DNA from: Octopus sinensis | Lineage: Eukaryota | DNA length: 64,000 bases | Direction: 5' to 3' | Assembly: GCF_006345805.1 (NCBI RefSeq) | Contig: NC_043009.1 | Location: forward strand, 20,088,001 to 20,152,000 | Translations under genes and position numbers: made by a program | Notes under the pieces: generated by a model | Told to the model about the DNA's origin: nothing | The model's input: only the letters and a program-made list of their open reading frames with translations | The model's database searches: none | Part shown: positions 51,264 through 64,000 of the stretch, one piece after another | How the letters are laid out: the number at the start of each line of letters is the position of its first letter | Position numbering within the stretch: position 1 is the first letter of the stretch

Positions 51264-52782
51264 CTAAAGAAGAAACAAATGAATAATTATAAAATACAAA
51301 ATAAAATTTTAGTCTTGGGATATTGTTATTACAGAAAATATCAATGTCAAACTCTGTCCATTACCATTCTGTTGGTCTATGTTTGATATCAACAGTCACA
51401 GAATGTACCATCCATGGTTCCTATTTTACAGTTTGATAAACTGATCTTTTGATACAACATAAACATTGGCTTATTGATTGAAAAGCCTGTCAGTTCCATG
51501 TTGAGCGGTGGGTAGAACAATTCTAAACAGTGTCTTAAAGATTAGGTAACACTGTTGTCTATGAAGACAGTGTGTCCTGTCCCACCATGCCCTTCTCTTA
51601 TAATGGTTGTCTTAAAGAATGACAAAACAAAACAGTGAAAATAAAATCTTTGTCTTTTCTCTGGATGTCCAACAATTTTCTTTCTATTCTGTAGACAATA
51701 TGGCTGATATCTAATTCTTTCCCTCTATTTTTGCCCCCTTTTCTGTTGATCTGTCTAAACACCTCTCATTCTATTACGTAAGCAGAAGAAATATTTGATC
51801 CAATATTAATGAAAAGCTTCCTGAATTACAAACATTTACCAGATAAGATGTTAGAATAGACCCCACAGTCAAGAGTTCAAATCTAATCCCAGTGGATCTT
51901 TCCTGTTGCTCTCGCAGTTTTTCTAGTTTTAAATTGTGTTCCATTTCTTTTCAGATGTGCTTGACTGATGTAGTTTCGTTTGCTAATTATGAAAATGAAA
52001 TTCATTTTTACCATAAAGGTTGCAAATTTTGGGTAATTTCAGCTAATTGAAGGCTACAGACACATTGGTTTCCATAGTTACAAGCCAAGTTGTAGTCTGC
52101 TTAAAACAACCACCTTTAATTTTCGTTACCGAAAATATTTTGTTTACATAATCCAAACTATTGACAGTATGACATACAGTTTGACTTGCCTAAGTTTTTG
52201 CAAAAAATTTCATTGAAAATTTTTCCTTTTTAAATTTTTTACATGCCAATTTGACCATTTCAAACCTTACCTTAAGCCTAACATACAGTTTGTTTTTTTT
52301 GTACTATTCCACCACCACGTAACTCTAGGTCTGGAAGGGACTTTGCACCATCCACAGACTTGGTCTGTGGCACTCAGCAAGCTGTCCTGTAGGAATTTCC
52401 AGCTACCTTCTATGTCACATAACCAGCCCATTTAAAAAGTACCTTTGAATCATCAGGTGACATGCTGTACTTGAGGAGACCTACTGAGTTAAGTAAAATT
52501 GAAATCAAATCAAATCAAATGGAAATTGTAGTTGTGGCCATGCCAGTGCCACCTGACTGGCTCCCGTGCTGATGGCACGCAATAAGCACTATGCATGCAT
52601 GGGTCGTTGCCAGTGCCACTTGACCGGCTCCTGTGCCGGTAGCACGTAAAAAGCACCTACTACACCCTTGGAGTGGTTGGCATTAGGAAAGGCATCCAGC
52701 TGTAGCCTCCTGGCTTGCTAGTCCCCAATCAAACCGTCCAACCCATACCAGCATGGAAAACGGACGTTAAACGATGATGATG

Positions 52783-52813
<31 letters not shown>

Positions 52814-52817
52814 CATA

Positions 52818-53100
52818 CAGGGTCATTCAAAAAGAATGAACCGATTTCCTTACGCAATATTTTAATAAGGAAAAGCAATAGAAAACTCCAGCTGAGTGAC
52901 AAGTATTTATTCACAATCCACTTTTATTTCTTGTCTTACAAGTGTTCAATGTGGCCAGCACCTGCAGCACAGGCAACATCAATGTGATAAGAGAATTCCT
53001 CCCAGACACATATCAGCATATCATAATCCACTGAATTGATCGTTGTTGTTATTCAATGTTTAAGGTCATCGAGGTTAGTGGGTGGCATTTATGTCCCATC
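52818..53100 (-). mobile_element. Tc1/mariner 3' end relic
   Basis: TA-CAGGGTCATTCAAAAAG terminus; minus-strand translation ...MLICVWEEFSYHIDVACAAGAGHIEHL* (stop at 52938-52936). Confidence 0.78.
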
Positions 53101-53869
53101 ACTACCCTGTTGTCCATCTAATGTAGATTGGCCACAGCTGGGTTGTACAACTTCCAGCTTTAACAACTTGGAAAGGACACCAATTTCATTTCTAATTATT
53201 TCTTGATAATCAATACTGCAACAGATGGACTTGAATAATTACCGGGAGGGGAGTGGGGAACGAGAGAGAAGATTAACCCAATAAAACCAAACTATTTTGT
53301 AGTATTGAGCCCCAGGGTGCTCTCAATCAAATAAACTTAAAAGACTTTCCAGCTGTGACCATCCTGACTTTTTTCAATCACTCTATGAGATCATGATATC
53401 TAAAATGTCTCCTTTTTTTAAGATGAGCGGATATTATTTGAGGGAGATTTTGCTGTTATTTCTAACAGGCAGATTGATTAGGCAGTGGCTGCTCCATTGC
53501 TGTAGTTTCAATTTCTATAGAAGCAGGGTCACAGGGGACAATGTATTTGCTAAATCACAGCTACTTTGTTTTTTTATCCAAAAGGGATAAAAAGCAAACT
53601 TCAATGCTAAAAGGATCTGAACTCAGAATGATGACTATATACTGTGAGGCATCTATTCTATTAGGGCCCTACAGATTCTAAAATTTCACTGGCCTTTAAT
53701 TAGGTTGTCAATGTTTTTCTGCAGCAACTAATTCCAGTATATCACTGGTCCTGACCAAGGATGAAAAGAAGTGGATATTGACAGAGGATAAAATCAAAGC
53801 TGGACCAAAGAGGCATCAGAGTAGATAAACAGTGCCCTTTGGTGGTGCTGAACACACCATGCATTAAAA

Positions 53870-54963
53870 GTTGAACCTATGAAGCATCAGATGTGGTGTG
53901 CAAGAGAGACGACTGTGCTGGTATGGTCATGTGGCAAGAATGGATGAGGATAGCTGTGTGAAAAAGTGCTACACCCTAGCAGTTGAGGGACCCTGTGGAA
54001 GAGGTAGTCACAGGAAGACCTGGGATGAAGTGGTGAAGCACGACCTTCGAACTTTAGGCCTCACCGAGGCAATGACTAGTGACCAAGACTTTTGGAAATA
54101 TGCTGTGCTTGAGAAGACCTGGCAAGCCAAATGCGACCATAACCTCATGGCCTATGCCAGGATCGTAACCAGCCCACTTATGCATACCTTTCCTTCTTTG
54201 GACACTAAACTCTGCTTGCTAAGACCTGTTGAGGCAAGTGAAATCGAAATCAAATTCGATGACTGGCATTCGTGCTAGTGGGGCGCTAAGAGTACCATCC
54301 GAGCATGATCATTGACAGAGTGGCTAACTGGCTTCCGTGCCGGTGGCACATAAAAGGTACCATTCGAGCATGATCGTTACCAGCATCGCCTTACTGGCAC
54401 TTGTGTCGGTGGCACATGAAAAAAACATTCGAGCGAGGTCGTTGCCAGTGCCGCTGGACTGGCTCCTGTGCAAGTGATACATAAAAAGCACCTATTTCTT
54501 TACTACCCAAAAGGGGCTAAACACAGAGAGGACAACAAGGACAAATGGATTAAGTCGATTATATCAACCCCAGGGCGTAACTGGTACTTATTTAATCGAC
54601 CCCGAAAGGATGAAAGGCAAAGTCGACCTCGGCGGAACTTGAACTCAGAACGTAGCGGCAAACGAAATACCGCTAAGCATTTCGCCCGGCATGCTAACGA
54701 TTCTGCCAGATCGCTGCCTCATAAAAAGCACCATTTGAGTGCGGCTGTTGCCAGTACAGCCTGACTGGCCCCCGTGTGGGTGGCACGTAAAAGCACCCAC
54801 TACACTCTCAGAGTGGTTGACGTTAGGAAGGGCATCCAGCTGTAGAAACTCTGCCAGATCAGATTGGAGCCTGGTGCAGCCATCTGGTTCGCCAGTTCTC
54901 AGTCAAATAGTCCAACCCATGCTAGCATGGAAAGCGGATGTTAAACGATGATGATGATGATGA
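53870..54963 (+). mobile_element. 5'-truncated RTE-clade LINE (ORF C-terminus plus 3'UTR and (ATG)n tail)
   Basis: RRLCWYGHVARMDEDS...GRGSHRKTWDEVVKHDL is a typical RTE C-terminus; tail ...GTTAAACG(ATG)n. Confidence 0.88.
54493..54719 (-). mobile_element. tRNA-derived SINE, Tx1-like tail subfamily, nested in the RTE 3'UTR
   Basis: 13-bp TSD CATAAAAAGCACC at 54480-54492 and 54720-54732. Confidence 0.9.
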
Positions 54964-57156
54964 AATAAGATATTGTAATATAATATTTACAAGTCAACAT
55001 ACTGCAAACAAACGAGAGTCGTTAGGGGAAGTGGTTGCCTGCAGCATCAGGTAAGTAGGTTGTATTAACCACAATTACACAAACACTACTCAAAGTTAGG
55101 ATATAAAAACTTTACCCCACACACACACACCACACAGACTCTTTGAACTGCTCTAAATAACACCTGTGTTCTGTACATTTGGCTGAAAGCCAACTGAAGC
55201 TATTCATGCCTGTTGAAATATTACATCACCATGAATGAAATAAATATCATCATCATCATAATAATTCTTTCTACTGAAGGGGGAGGGGGACTGACCCCAC
55301 TGCATAACTGGTACTTATCTTATTGACCCTGAAAGGATGAAAAGCAAAGTCAACCTCAGAATACAAAGACAGACGAAACGCTGTTAAGCCTTCTGCCTAG
55401 AATGCTAACAAACCTCGTCACCGAATTGTTTTCTAGACTAGGCACAAGGCCAGCAATTTCCGGGGTGGGTGGGAGATAAGTCAGTTATATCAACCCCAGT
55501 GTTCAACTGAAACTTATTCTATCATCATCAAAAAGATGAAAGCCGAAATTGAACCTGGAATCATTTGGACAGACAAAATGCTGCCCAGCACTGTAACAAT
55601 TCTGCCACCACCACCACTACAACAACCCTCGTCCAGGCCAGTGTTCTGGAGGGAGCTTTCCAGTACATATACATTATCAAGCATGACCAACAGAAGCTTT
55701 AGTGTGATTAAACATTGTTATCTTAAGATGTATTTATTTTGGGTTAAAAGTAGAAGAATGGGGCCACAGTTCGTCTTTTATATGTTTTCATGTTGTACTA
55801 TTATTTTTTTTCTTTCAGTAATTAGTCAAGAAATGAAGATTAGAACACAGAAATACTAATGGAGGAGTTAATAAAATAAATCAAGTCAGGATTTAAGTTT
55901 TATTTGTAAAGAAAAATAACAAAAACAAAGGAAATTCAGCTGTAAAAATCTGTTAAGGTATGAAAGAGTGAATCCTGAAAATGATGATGGTCTGGTCTTG
56001 ACAATGGACCATTATCACCATCATCATCATCATTTTAATGTCTGTTTTCCATGCAGGCATAGGTTGAACAGTTTTAGAAAAGCTGGTGAGCCAGAGGACT
56101 GTATCAAGCCATACTGTCTGTTGTGGCAGTTTCTACAGCTGGTTGCCCTTTCTAACACCAACCACTTTCCAGAGTGTACCTGGGTCCTTTTTTCATGGCA
56201 CCAGCAAGGATACCCAGTTACTCATGAGACATGAGTGGAATGGAGAGTTGTATTGAGAGGAATAGCTTTGTGCCAAGTGTTGGGTGCTTCAAAAGGAGTT
56301 GATAGAACAGTTTGAAAAATATTATTGTGAGTAGTGAAGACAACACTTATTTCAGGTGGTCGTCATTGTCTTTATAAGAGAGAAGTGAAGAGGCCAAGAC
56401 TTTAGATAGTTCACCTCTCTTAATAAACTCTTCAAGAAATTCTAAGATATGAAAATAATCTTGATAACAAGCTCAGACACAAAGCTACAAGATGTAAGAG
56501 GTCTTCCTGTCAACAATAACACATTTTACACTGTATCTCACTAATTATGATAAAGGCTGTAAAGGTTAATTATACCAAATTACCTAACCATAGTCTCATT
56601 AGCTCTAACGAAGGCCAGCATTTCCTAATCTTTATAGGCTTACAGAACCCTTGAAAAACATCCTACAGAACCCCTGCATCATTATATAACAAAGTGTTAA
56701 ACCCTTCCTTTTTATAAAAGTTTATTTCATAAAAGATTAAACAATTTATAAACCAATCTTTGAAAGGTTTGGCATCAGACACCATAAAGAATGTTTAAGA
56801 AATTTCATCATAACAAAAATCTTGATTAGACCAAATTCCTCAACAATTTCCCATTAAGAGAGAATTTTTTCCTGTAGGATCTCTTTACTACCTTCTTCAT
56901 GCTATGATTTCAAATATCTGAGCATGTTTAATAAAGCTAAAAATAATGAATTAAATGCCAAAATTACTCAAAACTTCATTTGCATATAATTAGTCGATTT
57001 ATCTCTATTTTTTGCAGAACCTCTTGCAACCTCTTGGCAAAGCCTGGTTTGGAAATGCTAATTAGACAATAAATTACTTGATGTTATCTCGTTAAATGTG
57101 ACACAGACTGTAAATTAAAGCAAATTACTTGACACAATTCTTCATTAGTTATGCTA

Positions 57157-57539
57157 TCTCTCTCTATATAAACGGCAGTTTGTCTGTGCGTGTTTCTGTG
57201 TGTCTGTTTGCTTGTACCCTCACCCTGACCACGGCTTTCAACCGATTCTGATGAAACTTGACACACACATAGCCCAATGTCATAATTCAAAACTAACGTA
57301 GCGAAAATTTTTAAAAGTTCCCCCAGTTCTGAAAAAAATCGATAAATTCGACATGGGGTCGAGAATCAGAAACACAAACCGCAAACTGTCTAGGGGGCGC
57401 AACTCCACCTTTTTTCACTCTCAAAAAAATTTACCATCATTTTTTCCCATTTTTTTGCTATTTTTTGGTTATAACTCTCTAAAAATGCTTTATAGTTATT
57501 TCCCTTACAAACCTGAGCAACGCCAGGCGATACTGCTAG
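57157..57539 (+). mobile_element. Non-autonomous Helitron (383 bp)
   Basis: A|TC...CCTGAGCAACGCCAGG...CTAG|T; matches 36103-36486. Confidence 0.87.
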
Positions 57540-58319
57540 TACACTATAAACTAGAGTTAATTACTTGATGTAATATCTTGTTAGCTCCAGCCTGTACTGG
57601 AAACTGCTATCATCAAACAACGCAATGGCAATGATAAAGACAGCTCTAATAAAACCTAATGACCACCCTTTATGTACCTTACAGTTTCAAATGAGGAGCC
57701 CATTTGTCAACCATGTAGGCATGGGTTCAACCCCACAGCAGGACACCTTGGGCAAATATCTTCTATTGTAGAAATGGATTAACCAGTGTTTTGTTAATGA
57801 ATTTGCAAGTTAGAAACTGTACAAAAGACTGTTGTTTATGCATATGTGTGTGCCTGTGGTGTGTGTGTGTGCCTGTGTGTGTGTGTGTGCCTGTGGTGTG
57901 TGTGTGTGTGTGTACATGTGTATGTATCTTTCACCAGTGTACATCAATAAAGGATGTAAACATCTGTGAAAAAAAAACCAAATAAGTAGTGTCTTTTGAA
58001 TGAAGTCTCCTGTTGATATTTGTTTTGCCCCAAGTTACAGACACTTCCTTCTTACTCTCAGCATCAGAAATACAGTGAACTCAGTACGTTGGAGAGCAAT
58101 TCTTTTGTTCAGATTCATTGACCATAAACACTTCAATGACTGACTATCTGTTTAATCTCAAAAAATTGAAACAGGAAAATAGGTTAAAATCCTGAACAGC
58201 AACAAAGCCTTTCGCTCAGTGACGACAGCCTTCACAAAATGTCCTACTTTTATTTTAGCGAAACTTTTACTGCAAAACTGTCAAAAAAACGATCTTGTCA
58301 AATAAACAAGAGATACAAT

Positions 58320-58770
58320 ATTTATTGTTGCTTAGCCCTAGGTCAATTCTGATTGAGGAAACGTGCAAGAAATAGCAGCCAAATCCACCACAAAATAACA
58401 CCCAATTGTTTTTTTTTTTTAAAGTGGGCAGGGAAAGAGATGTGTTGATGTAATTCAATGTAGACACAATGTTGATAAAGAAATATAGGATGGCCATGGC
58501 CAGAATGTCTTTGATCACAGATCTCGATTAGGGCGGACTCAAGACTAAACAACAGCATTAGCAAACATGTCTCTAAAAAGTTGGCTGATCTGCTAGAAAT
58601 AACAGCCAAATCTCAATCATTTCACACACTATCATCTTGGGGGGAAAACAAGATACACGGATAATGTCATCCTGGATATAGGAAAACACAGGATGGTCAT
58701 AGGTGGAATGTCTTTGCACACAGGTCTAACTGATCAGCCACTGACCCTGGGCTAAACAACAACAACACTA
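58320..58770 (+). repeat. Unclassified dispersed repeat (CTAGAAATAACAGCCAAATCTC family), two tandem units with (AAC)n-like tails
   Basis: The motif recurs at about 19930, 20090, 23670, 25570, 35390, 43440, 44170 and 53450 in both orientations. Confidence 0.5.
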
Positions 58771-59215
58771 TGTTGTTTATTTCTTTGATTAAACAATGGA
58801 GAACGAATGTGAGTTTGTAAGAAGAGTAATAAAAGAAAAGAGTGGGGAGGCAGAAAGGCAGCCATGAATGGGTCTCATTGCAGGGGGTCAGGGAGGAGAG
58901 AATGGGAAACAGTCAGAAGAGAAGGAATTCAGGATACATATGACGTGTGTGTGTGTGTGTGTGTGTGAATTTATATGTAGATATATATGAAGGCCTTGTG
59001 AATAGCAATTTCATAAAAAGACAACCTTCTGTTCAACTCCCCCCACCCCACCGTACATGACATATATTCCTGTTTTTGTGTGTCTGCTTGTTTTAGGTGA
59101 CAGAATGGAGTGGGGGTGAGACAACAGACTATCTGGATGTCCACACAAACACACTAATAATTCACTCACACACCCACCTAATCATAAATTCAATAAAAGC
59201 ATATATATATATATA

Positions 59216-59760
59216 CTAGCATTATGACCCTTCATTGCTGGGTCATAGTGCTAGTGCATGTATATATGTGTATATATATCTGTACATATTACATGTACAT
59301 CTATATATATACATCTACACATAAAATACAAAATACAAAAATGTCTTATAAAATTTCCACTTATTATTTTTATTTCCCTAAAATTTTCATTGCGTCTTGC
59401 AACCTTTTCAATAGTCTTGAAAATTTTAGGGAAATAAAAATAAGAAATAAGTGGAAATTTTACCGGTGAGTGTGTTACATTATAAGGCATAAAAAGAAAA
59501 TTACTCTCCCCAGACACAACAGAATATGCTTCAACACACAAACTCATATAAAGAATCTTGCAAACCAAATCCAAAAACGAAATTCTATTTAAATTTATCA
59601 ATTACTAGCATTATGACCCATCATTGCCGGGTCATAGTGCTAGTGCATGTATATATGTGTACATATTACATGTACATCTATATATATACATCTACACATA
59701 AAATACAAAATGCAAAGTTATATCTTGATATCGCTAGTAATAACAATACTCAAAATATAT
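59216..59760 (-). mobile_element. Two tandem, rearranged Helitron 3'-end fragments
   Basis: ACTAGCATTATGACCC...GGGTCATAGTGCTAGT at about 59216 and 59604, matching the terminus at 61772-61817. Confidence 0.72.
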
Positions 59761-59761
59761 A

Positions 59762-60300
59762 ACAGACTGGAATTGTCGGGGCCCGTCTCTTGCAATTTCG
59801 ATAAAATTGTATCTTGCCCTCCCTCTTGTATAGAAGTGTGGCTACAATCCAGCCTACCTCTACTTCGAGGGGGACATTTTAAATTTTTATCCGGGATGTC
59901 CTACGTCCCAGATTTAAAGGTAAAAATAAAATATTTCCACTTTGCAAAGTTCGAGTTGAGTACTCCCTTGTACACTCTGTTGACTCGAACCTTGCTTCTA
60001 TTGTGGCGAATTTACCGCCTCTTGTTATATATCTTTCATAGTCGCAAGACACTTTTCGATGGTGCTTTCCTCCAAGTGTTCAAATCTTTTTTTTTTCTCT
60101 ACATTATATACTTTATAGACAATAGTCTTTTCTTTAATTTAATTTTTTAGTTCGTTTGGTGGTGTTATCCTAGATTCACCATCTTTGTCGGTGATCAATC
60201 CGAAATAGGTTTGTATTTCTTCCATTTTAATTTCAATGAGTTCGCACCCGCCAATGGCTGCAGCGAAATTCATTTTTGGACTTTCTTCTATCGAAGGCAT
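59762..60300 (-). pseudogene. Decayed ORF1 of a divergent Tx1-like subfamily
   Basis: MPSIEESPKMNFAAAI...KEKTIVYKVYN...STIEKCL...GGKFATIEARFES...TLQSGNILFLPLNLGRRTSRIKI*NVPLEVE aligns by eye with copy-1 KKTIIYKVLN...LIEKCL...GNKYATIQVRFNS...TLQSEKLILIPTYLGQRMTKISIKNVPPEIE. Confidence 0.8.
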
Positions 60301-60949
60301 TCTAACAAAAATGCTTCCGTATAAACGGTGAAAATATTGTCAATTTCCCCAAACAGGGACACAATTCAATTTTTAAACAATAACCAAAGCTCCTTCTCCC
60401 AAAGGGGGAGGGTTACAGTTTACAATTATTTAACAAATGCAACACAACGTTTCCCTTACGAGGAACCAACAAACGTGATAACAATAGTTAAACAGTAATA
60501 ATGATTACAACAAACCTTACGGTGAATCAAAAAGCAGTACGCAGTTGAAGCTATAGTCCTTTATGTATAAGAAATAAACCAACAGCAGTACTCAGTAGAA
60601 GCGGCTGTTCGAGAAAACAGACATTACATACAGCCAAACTTCATATAGATACTTAATGCTAGCTAATTAGCAGATAATCTAATGTAAAAGCCGTGGTAAA
60701 CGGTATGTGCACAGCTCCATTTGAACTATTCCATTTCTGCACACTAATTTTATTTTTAATTTATTCCCATTCATGTGAAACCACTTATTCAAGTTCAAGT
60801 CACTGATGCAATTTTATACCAATTGCTATTTTTACTTTAGTTATGTTACGATTATATTATACTTTAGTTTGATTTTAATTATTACTTACTACATATAATT
60901 CAATTGTTATTATTATCTCTAATTTTTATTGTTAAAGTGAAAGTATCTG

Positions 60950-61188
60950 ACATAAAATAGAGAAATGTTTTTGTTTCACTTTTAACACGTAATACTGAAA
61001 TAGTGGAGAAGATATGATATTGCTGTGGGCTCGCCCTAGGCAAGAAGTTGAACATTTTTTTTGCCCATGAAACTACATGGACCCTAAGTAGGGCATGTGT
61101 AAAATTTGAATAAAATTGGTTGTGTAGTTCTCAAGTTTTAGGGAAACACACAGACAGACACACATTCTCAGTTTTATATATAGAGAGA
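60950..61188 (-). mobile_element. Helitron 5' fragment
   Basis: Ends ...CAGTTTTATATATAGAGAGA|T, like the other Helitron 5' ends in the window; no CTAG end found. Confidence 0.55.
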
Positions 61189-61772
61189 TATATATACATG
61201 CACACACACACACACATGCAGTTAGTGTAATTATATCCCCCCCCCCCTTGGATGTGTGTGTGTCTTTAATCCTTTCTATTATAGACACAAGGCTTGAAAT
61301 TTTGGGGAGGGGATAGTCAATTACATCGACCCCCCCCCTAGTACTCAACTGGTACTCAATTTATCAACCCCCAAAAGGATGAAAGGCAAAGTTGACCTTG
61401 GTGTGCCTTTAATGCTATGGCACTCCATCAGTTGTGATGAGAAAGGTTCCAGTTGATCCGATCAATGGAAGATCCTCCTCGTGAAATTGACATGCAAGTG
61501 GCTGAGTACTCCACAGATACATGTACCCTTCAGGGGGATTCAGTAAGGCACAGAATATGACAAAGCTGGTCCTTATTTAATTACAGGTACAACTCATGTT
61601 TGCCAGCTGAGTGGATTAGAGCATTGTGAAGTAAAGCAACTTGCTCAAGGAAACAATGCAGCACCAGGAATCGAACTCACAAACTCACGATCCTGAACCA
61701 AGTACTCTAACCACAAAGCCAGGCGCCTTTGCCCTTTGAAGTTCCAGGGAATCACAAACAGTTTAATATATA

Positions 61773-62141
61773 CTAGCACTATGACCCGGCAACGCGTTGC
61801 CGGGTCATAGTGCTAGTGCATGCATATACAGCTGCGTGCGCACATACACGCAAGTACTGTCCAAATCTCCGACCAATCACATACATGTAGCTGGCATTCA
61901 ATTGGTGTATCAAGTTTCAGGCATTTTGATTGGGTTTTGGATAGAAAATTCACAAAAATGTCACTTCTATTGATTTTTTAGTGGCTTTGCAGGGTGACTG
62001 GGGAAATGTAAAGATGTGCACGACCACTCTTGGATGGTTTTGAATGACCATAGAAAGTGCAAGCCCTCTAACTGAAAAATTGTGGATTTGTATAAAGGAC
62101 ATACGCACAGACAGACATTTTGCCGTTTATATATATAGAGA
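61773..62141 (-). mobile_element. Non-autonomous Helitron with a perfect 46-bp palindromic 3' end
   Basis: Minus-strand A|TCTCTATATATATAAACGGC...CTAG|T; palindrome at 61772-61817. Confidence 0.83.
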
Positions 62142-63096
62142 TATACATACTTGTCACCCACAAACTGTATACACACTTAGAATTATTTTAACTGTCACTA
62201 ACTAATTTTTTATGTAATTAATGGCAAAAATAAGCTTTGAGAAAAAGAAATTCTCTGGAATGGTCATAGCCCTGGGAATGTGGGAATCTGACCAAAGTAC
62301 AAAGCCAGTTTAGGAAGGAAAATTTGGAAAATTAGTAAGACCCACCATAACTCAGATCAGAGAGAAGCTGGAATCAGAACTGTTTCAGACACCTATAAAG
62401 AGCATTCTGGAACATAGGGGCAATTGTCTACAATTGTAGCAGAGCTCTTGTAAAAATCTTTTCAGCAAATATCCCATGAAGTAAGAGACCTAAAATCAAC
62501 CATCCAGAACATCTCAAAGAACCCTTATTGGACAGGCTTCATTCTGGCTTTACTTCAGATCCTCAGTGATGAAGGTTTTGAATCCTGAGATTGGTAGGTG
62601 GCATAATGTGCAGGGGACACACAGTTTCCAAACTAGGCCCAAGTCTTTCTATCATGCAGCATTACACTTCATACACAAGCATCATACAACTTATCATTTA
62701 CTCTCAAAGAGCATCCTTTTCTTAGCCACAAAGGTACCCCAAGAAACTTTTTCCCCCACTTCATTCTTATTCTGGCAATTATGCTTTTGGTACTGCCACT
62801 GTCAATTAACTTGCCTCACTACAAAAAGCTATTCAATATTTCTACAAACATAGTATTCCACATATCAAAACTCTCTTGTGCTTATTTCCAATAAACAAAG
62901 TCAAAAGAATGAACTGATTGTTACCAACTGACAAATTTAAGATTTTTCTCCCAGACAACCTTCTCAACAAAAATAAATTGAAATCAAATACAATATCATG
63001 ACCAAGTTTTTTGAACTTGTATAAAAGTTTCTTTTCATATGAATGCAGCTTTAGACACACACACACACAGAGTTTTTCTCTTGCTCATTTATAGAA

Positions 63097-63297
63097 AACA
63101 GGCATTGTTTATTTCGTTTTGGGATTTGGTTTGCAAGATTCTTTATATGAGTCAAAACTATTGAAAAGGTTGCAAGATGCAATGAAAATTTTAGGAAAAT
63201 AAAAATAAGAAAAAAGTGGAAATTTTACCGGTGAGTGTGTTATATTATAAGGTACAAAAAGAAAATGACTCTCCCCAAACACAACAGGCATTGTTTA
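63097..63297. mobile_element. About 170-bp insertion bounded by 15-bp direct repeats, homologous to 59350-59585
   Basis: AACAGGCATTGTTTA at 63097-63111 and 63283-63297. Confidence 0.6.
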
Positions 63298-64000
63298 GTT
63301 TTACTTCAATTTATCAAGGTTTTTCTTAATATCTTTGTATGAGTCCCGGCAATTTGTTTGGAAGGATAAAATTTCAATAACAGATTTACAGTGTGACAAA
63401 TCATAACTGTTAACATGACAAATCACAAGATGTACTATGACATAGCACATATCTTTAGTATGACATATACAGGCCTGTCATATCAAGTATGACATATCAC
63501 AGTCCTATTATATAACATAGCACTATTTGTATTGGTATCCTGTCATCTCAACTCTGAGATAAAACATCCCAAGATCCAGTCTCGGCATTTCAAACCAACA
63601 GATATTCTATGTGGTTCTTCAATCAGCCAGAAAAAACAACATAATTTCCCTCAAATCACACTATAAAAGAAATAACACAACAATGAACGCAGGCATGTGT
63701 GTGTTTATTCTTTCTACTCCTTCCTCCCTTCTTTCCTTTCATTCTTTTTCCCTTGAGATTTCCTTTCCAAAGCGTAACTTGTCTTCTTTCCTGTTATCTT
63801 TATTCCACTTGCCTCTTTCTTTCTCTTTTCCTCCCCCATACACGTACCATACCTTCACTGTTCTGCTTTGTTATAACCAGAAACAGCATTCATTTTCTAG
63901 GCAGTTCAATTTTTCTCCACTGACCAACAGACCAACTGAGTAAACCTGTCAGTGATGTACCTATAATGACAACTGGAAACAGCTGTAAGCCATATTTGCT

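Noticed and set aside
56371-56427. Hairpin as a miRNA candidate
   Set aside because: Only about 11-12 pairs with mismatches; too weak.
62340-62560. LINE RT C-terminal relic
   Set aside because: Only a vague resemblance (QQISHEVRDLK...); not supportable without a search.

Overview
This is eukaryotic, AT-rich DNA dense in microsatellites and repeats. The SINE and RTE repeat types look like an Octopus (cephalopod) genome, which is an inference from recognition. (1) Positions 1-17.9 kb hold three minus-strand Tx1/L1-type non-LTR retrotransposons, and every junction visible in the window abuts an (AGAT)n tract. One copy is interrupted by a Gypsy-type solo LTR. (2) At 18.6-19.3 kb, a 358-bp unit is tandemly repeated inside a (TA)n tract. 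Each unit carries a type I hammerhead ribozyme fold, suggesting a retrozyme-like self-cleaving repeat that defines a 358-nt monomer. (3) Nine exons of an SLC35D-family nucleotide-sugar transporter gene lie on the minus strand at 34486-51263. They splice into 269 in-frame residues plus a stop, and the 5' exons were not found in the window. (4) The rest is SINEs, RTE 3' fragments, Tc1/mariner and piggyBac relics and non-autonomous Helitrons. One SINE subfamily has a 3' tail about 80% identical to the Tx1 3' end, and one Helitron ends in a perfect 46-bp palindrome. Most ORFs in the supplied track are microsatellite or antisense artefacts. All alignments and folds were done by eye.
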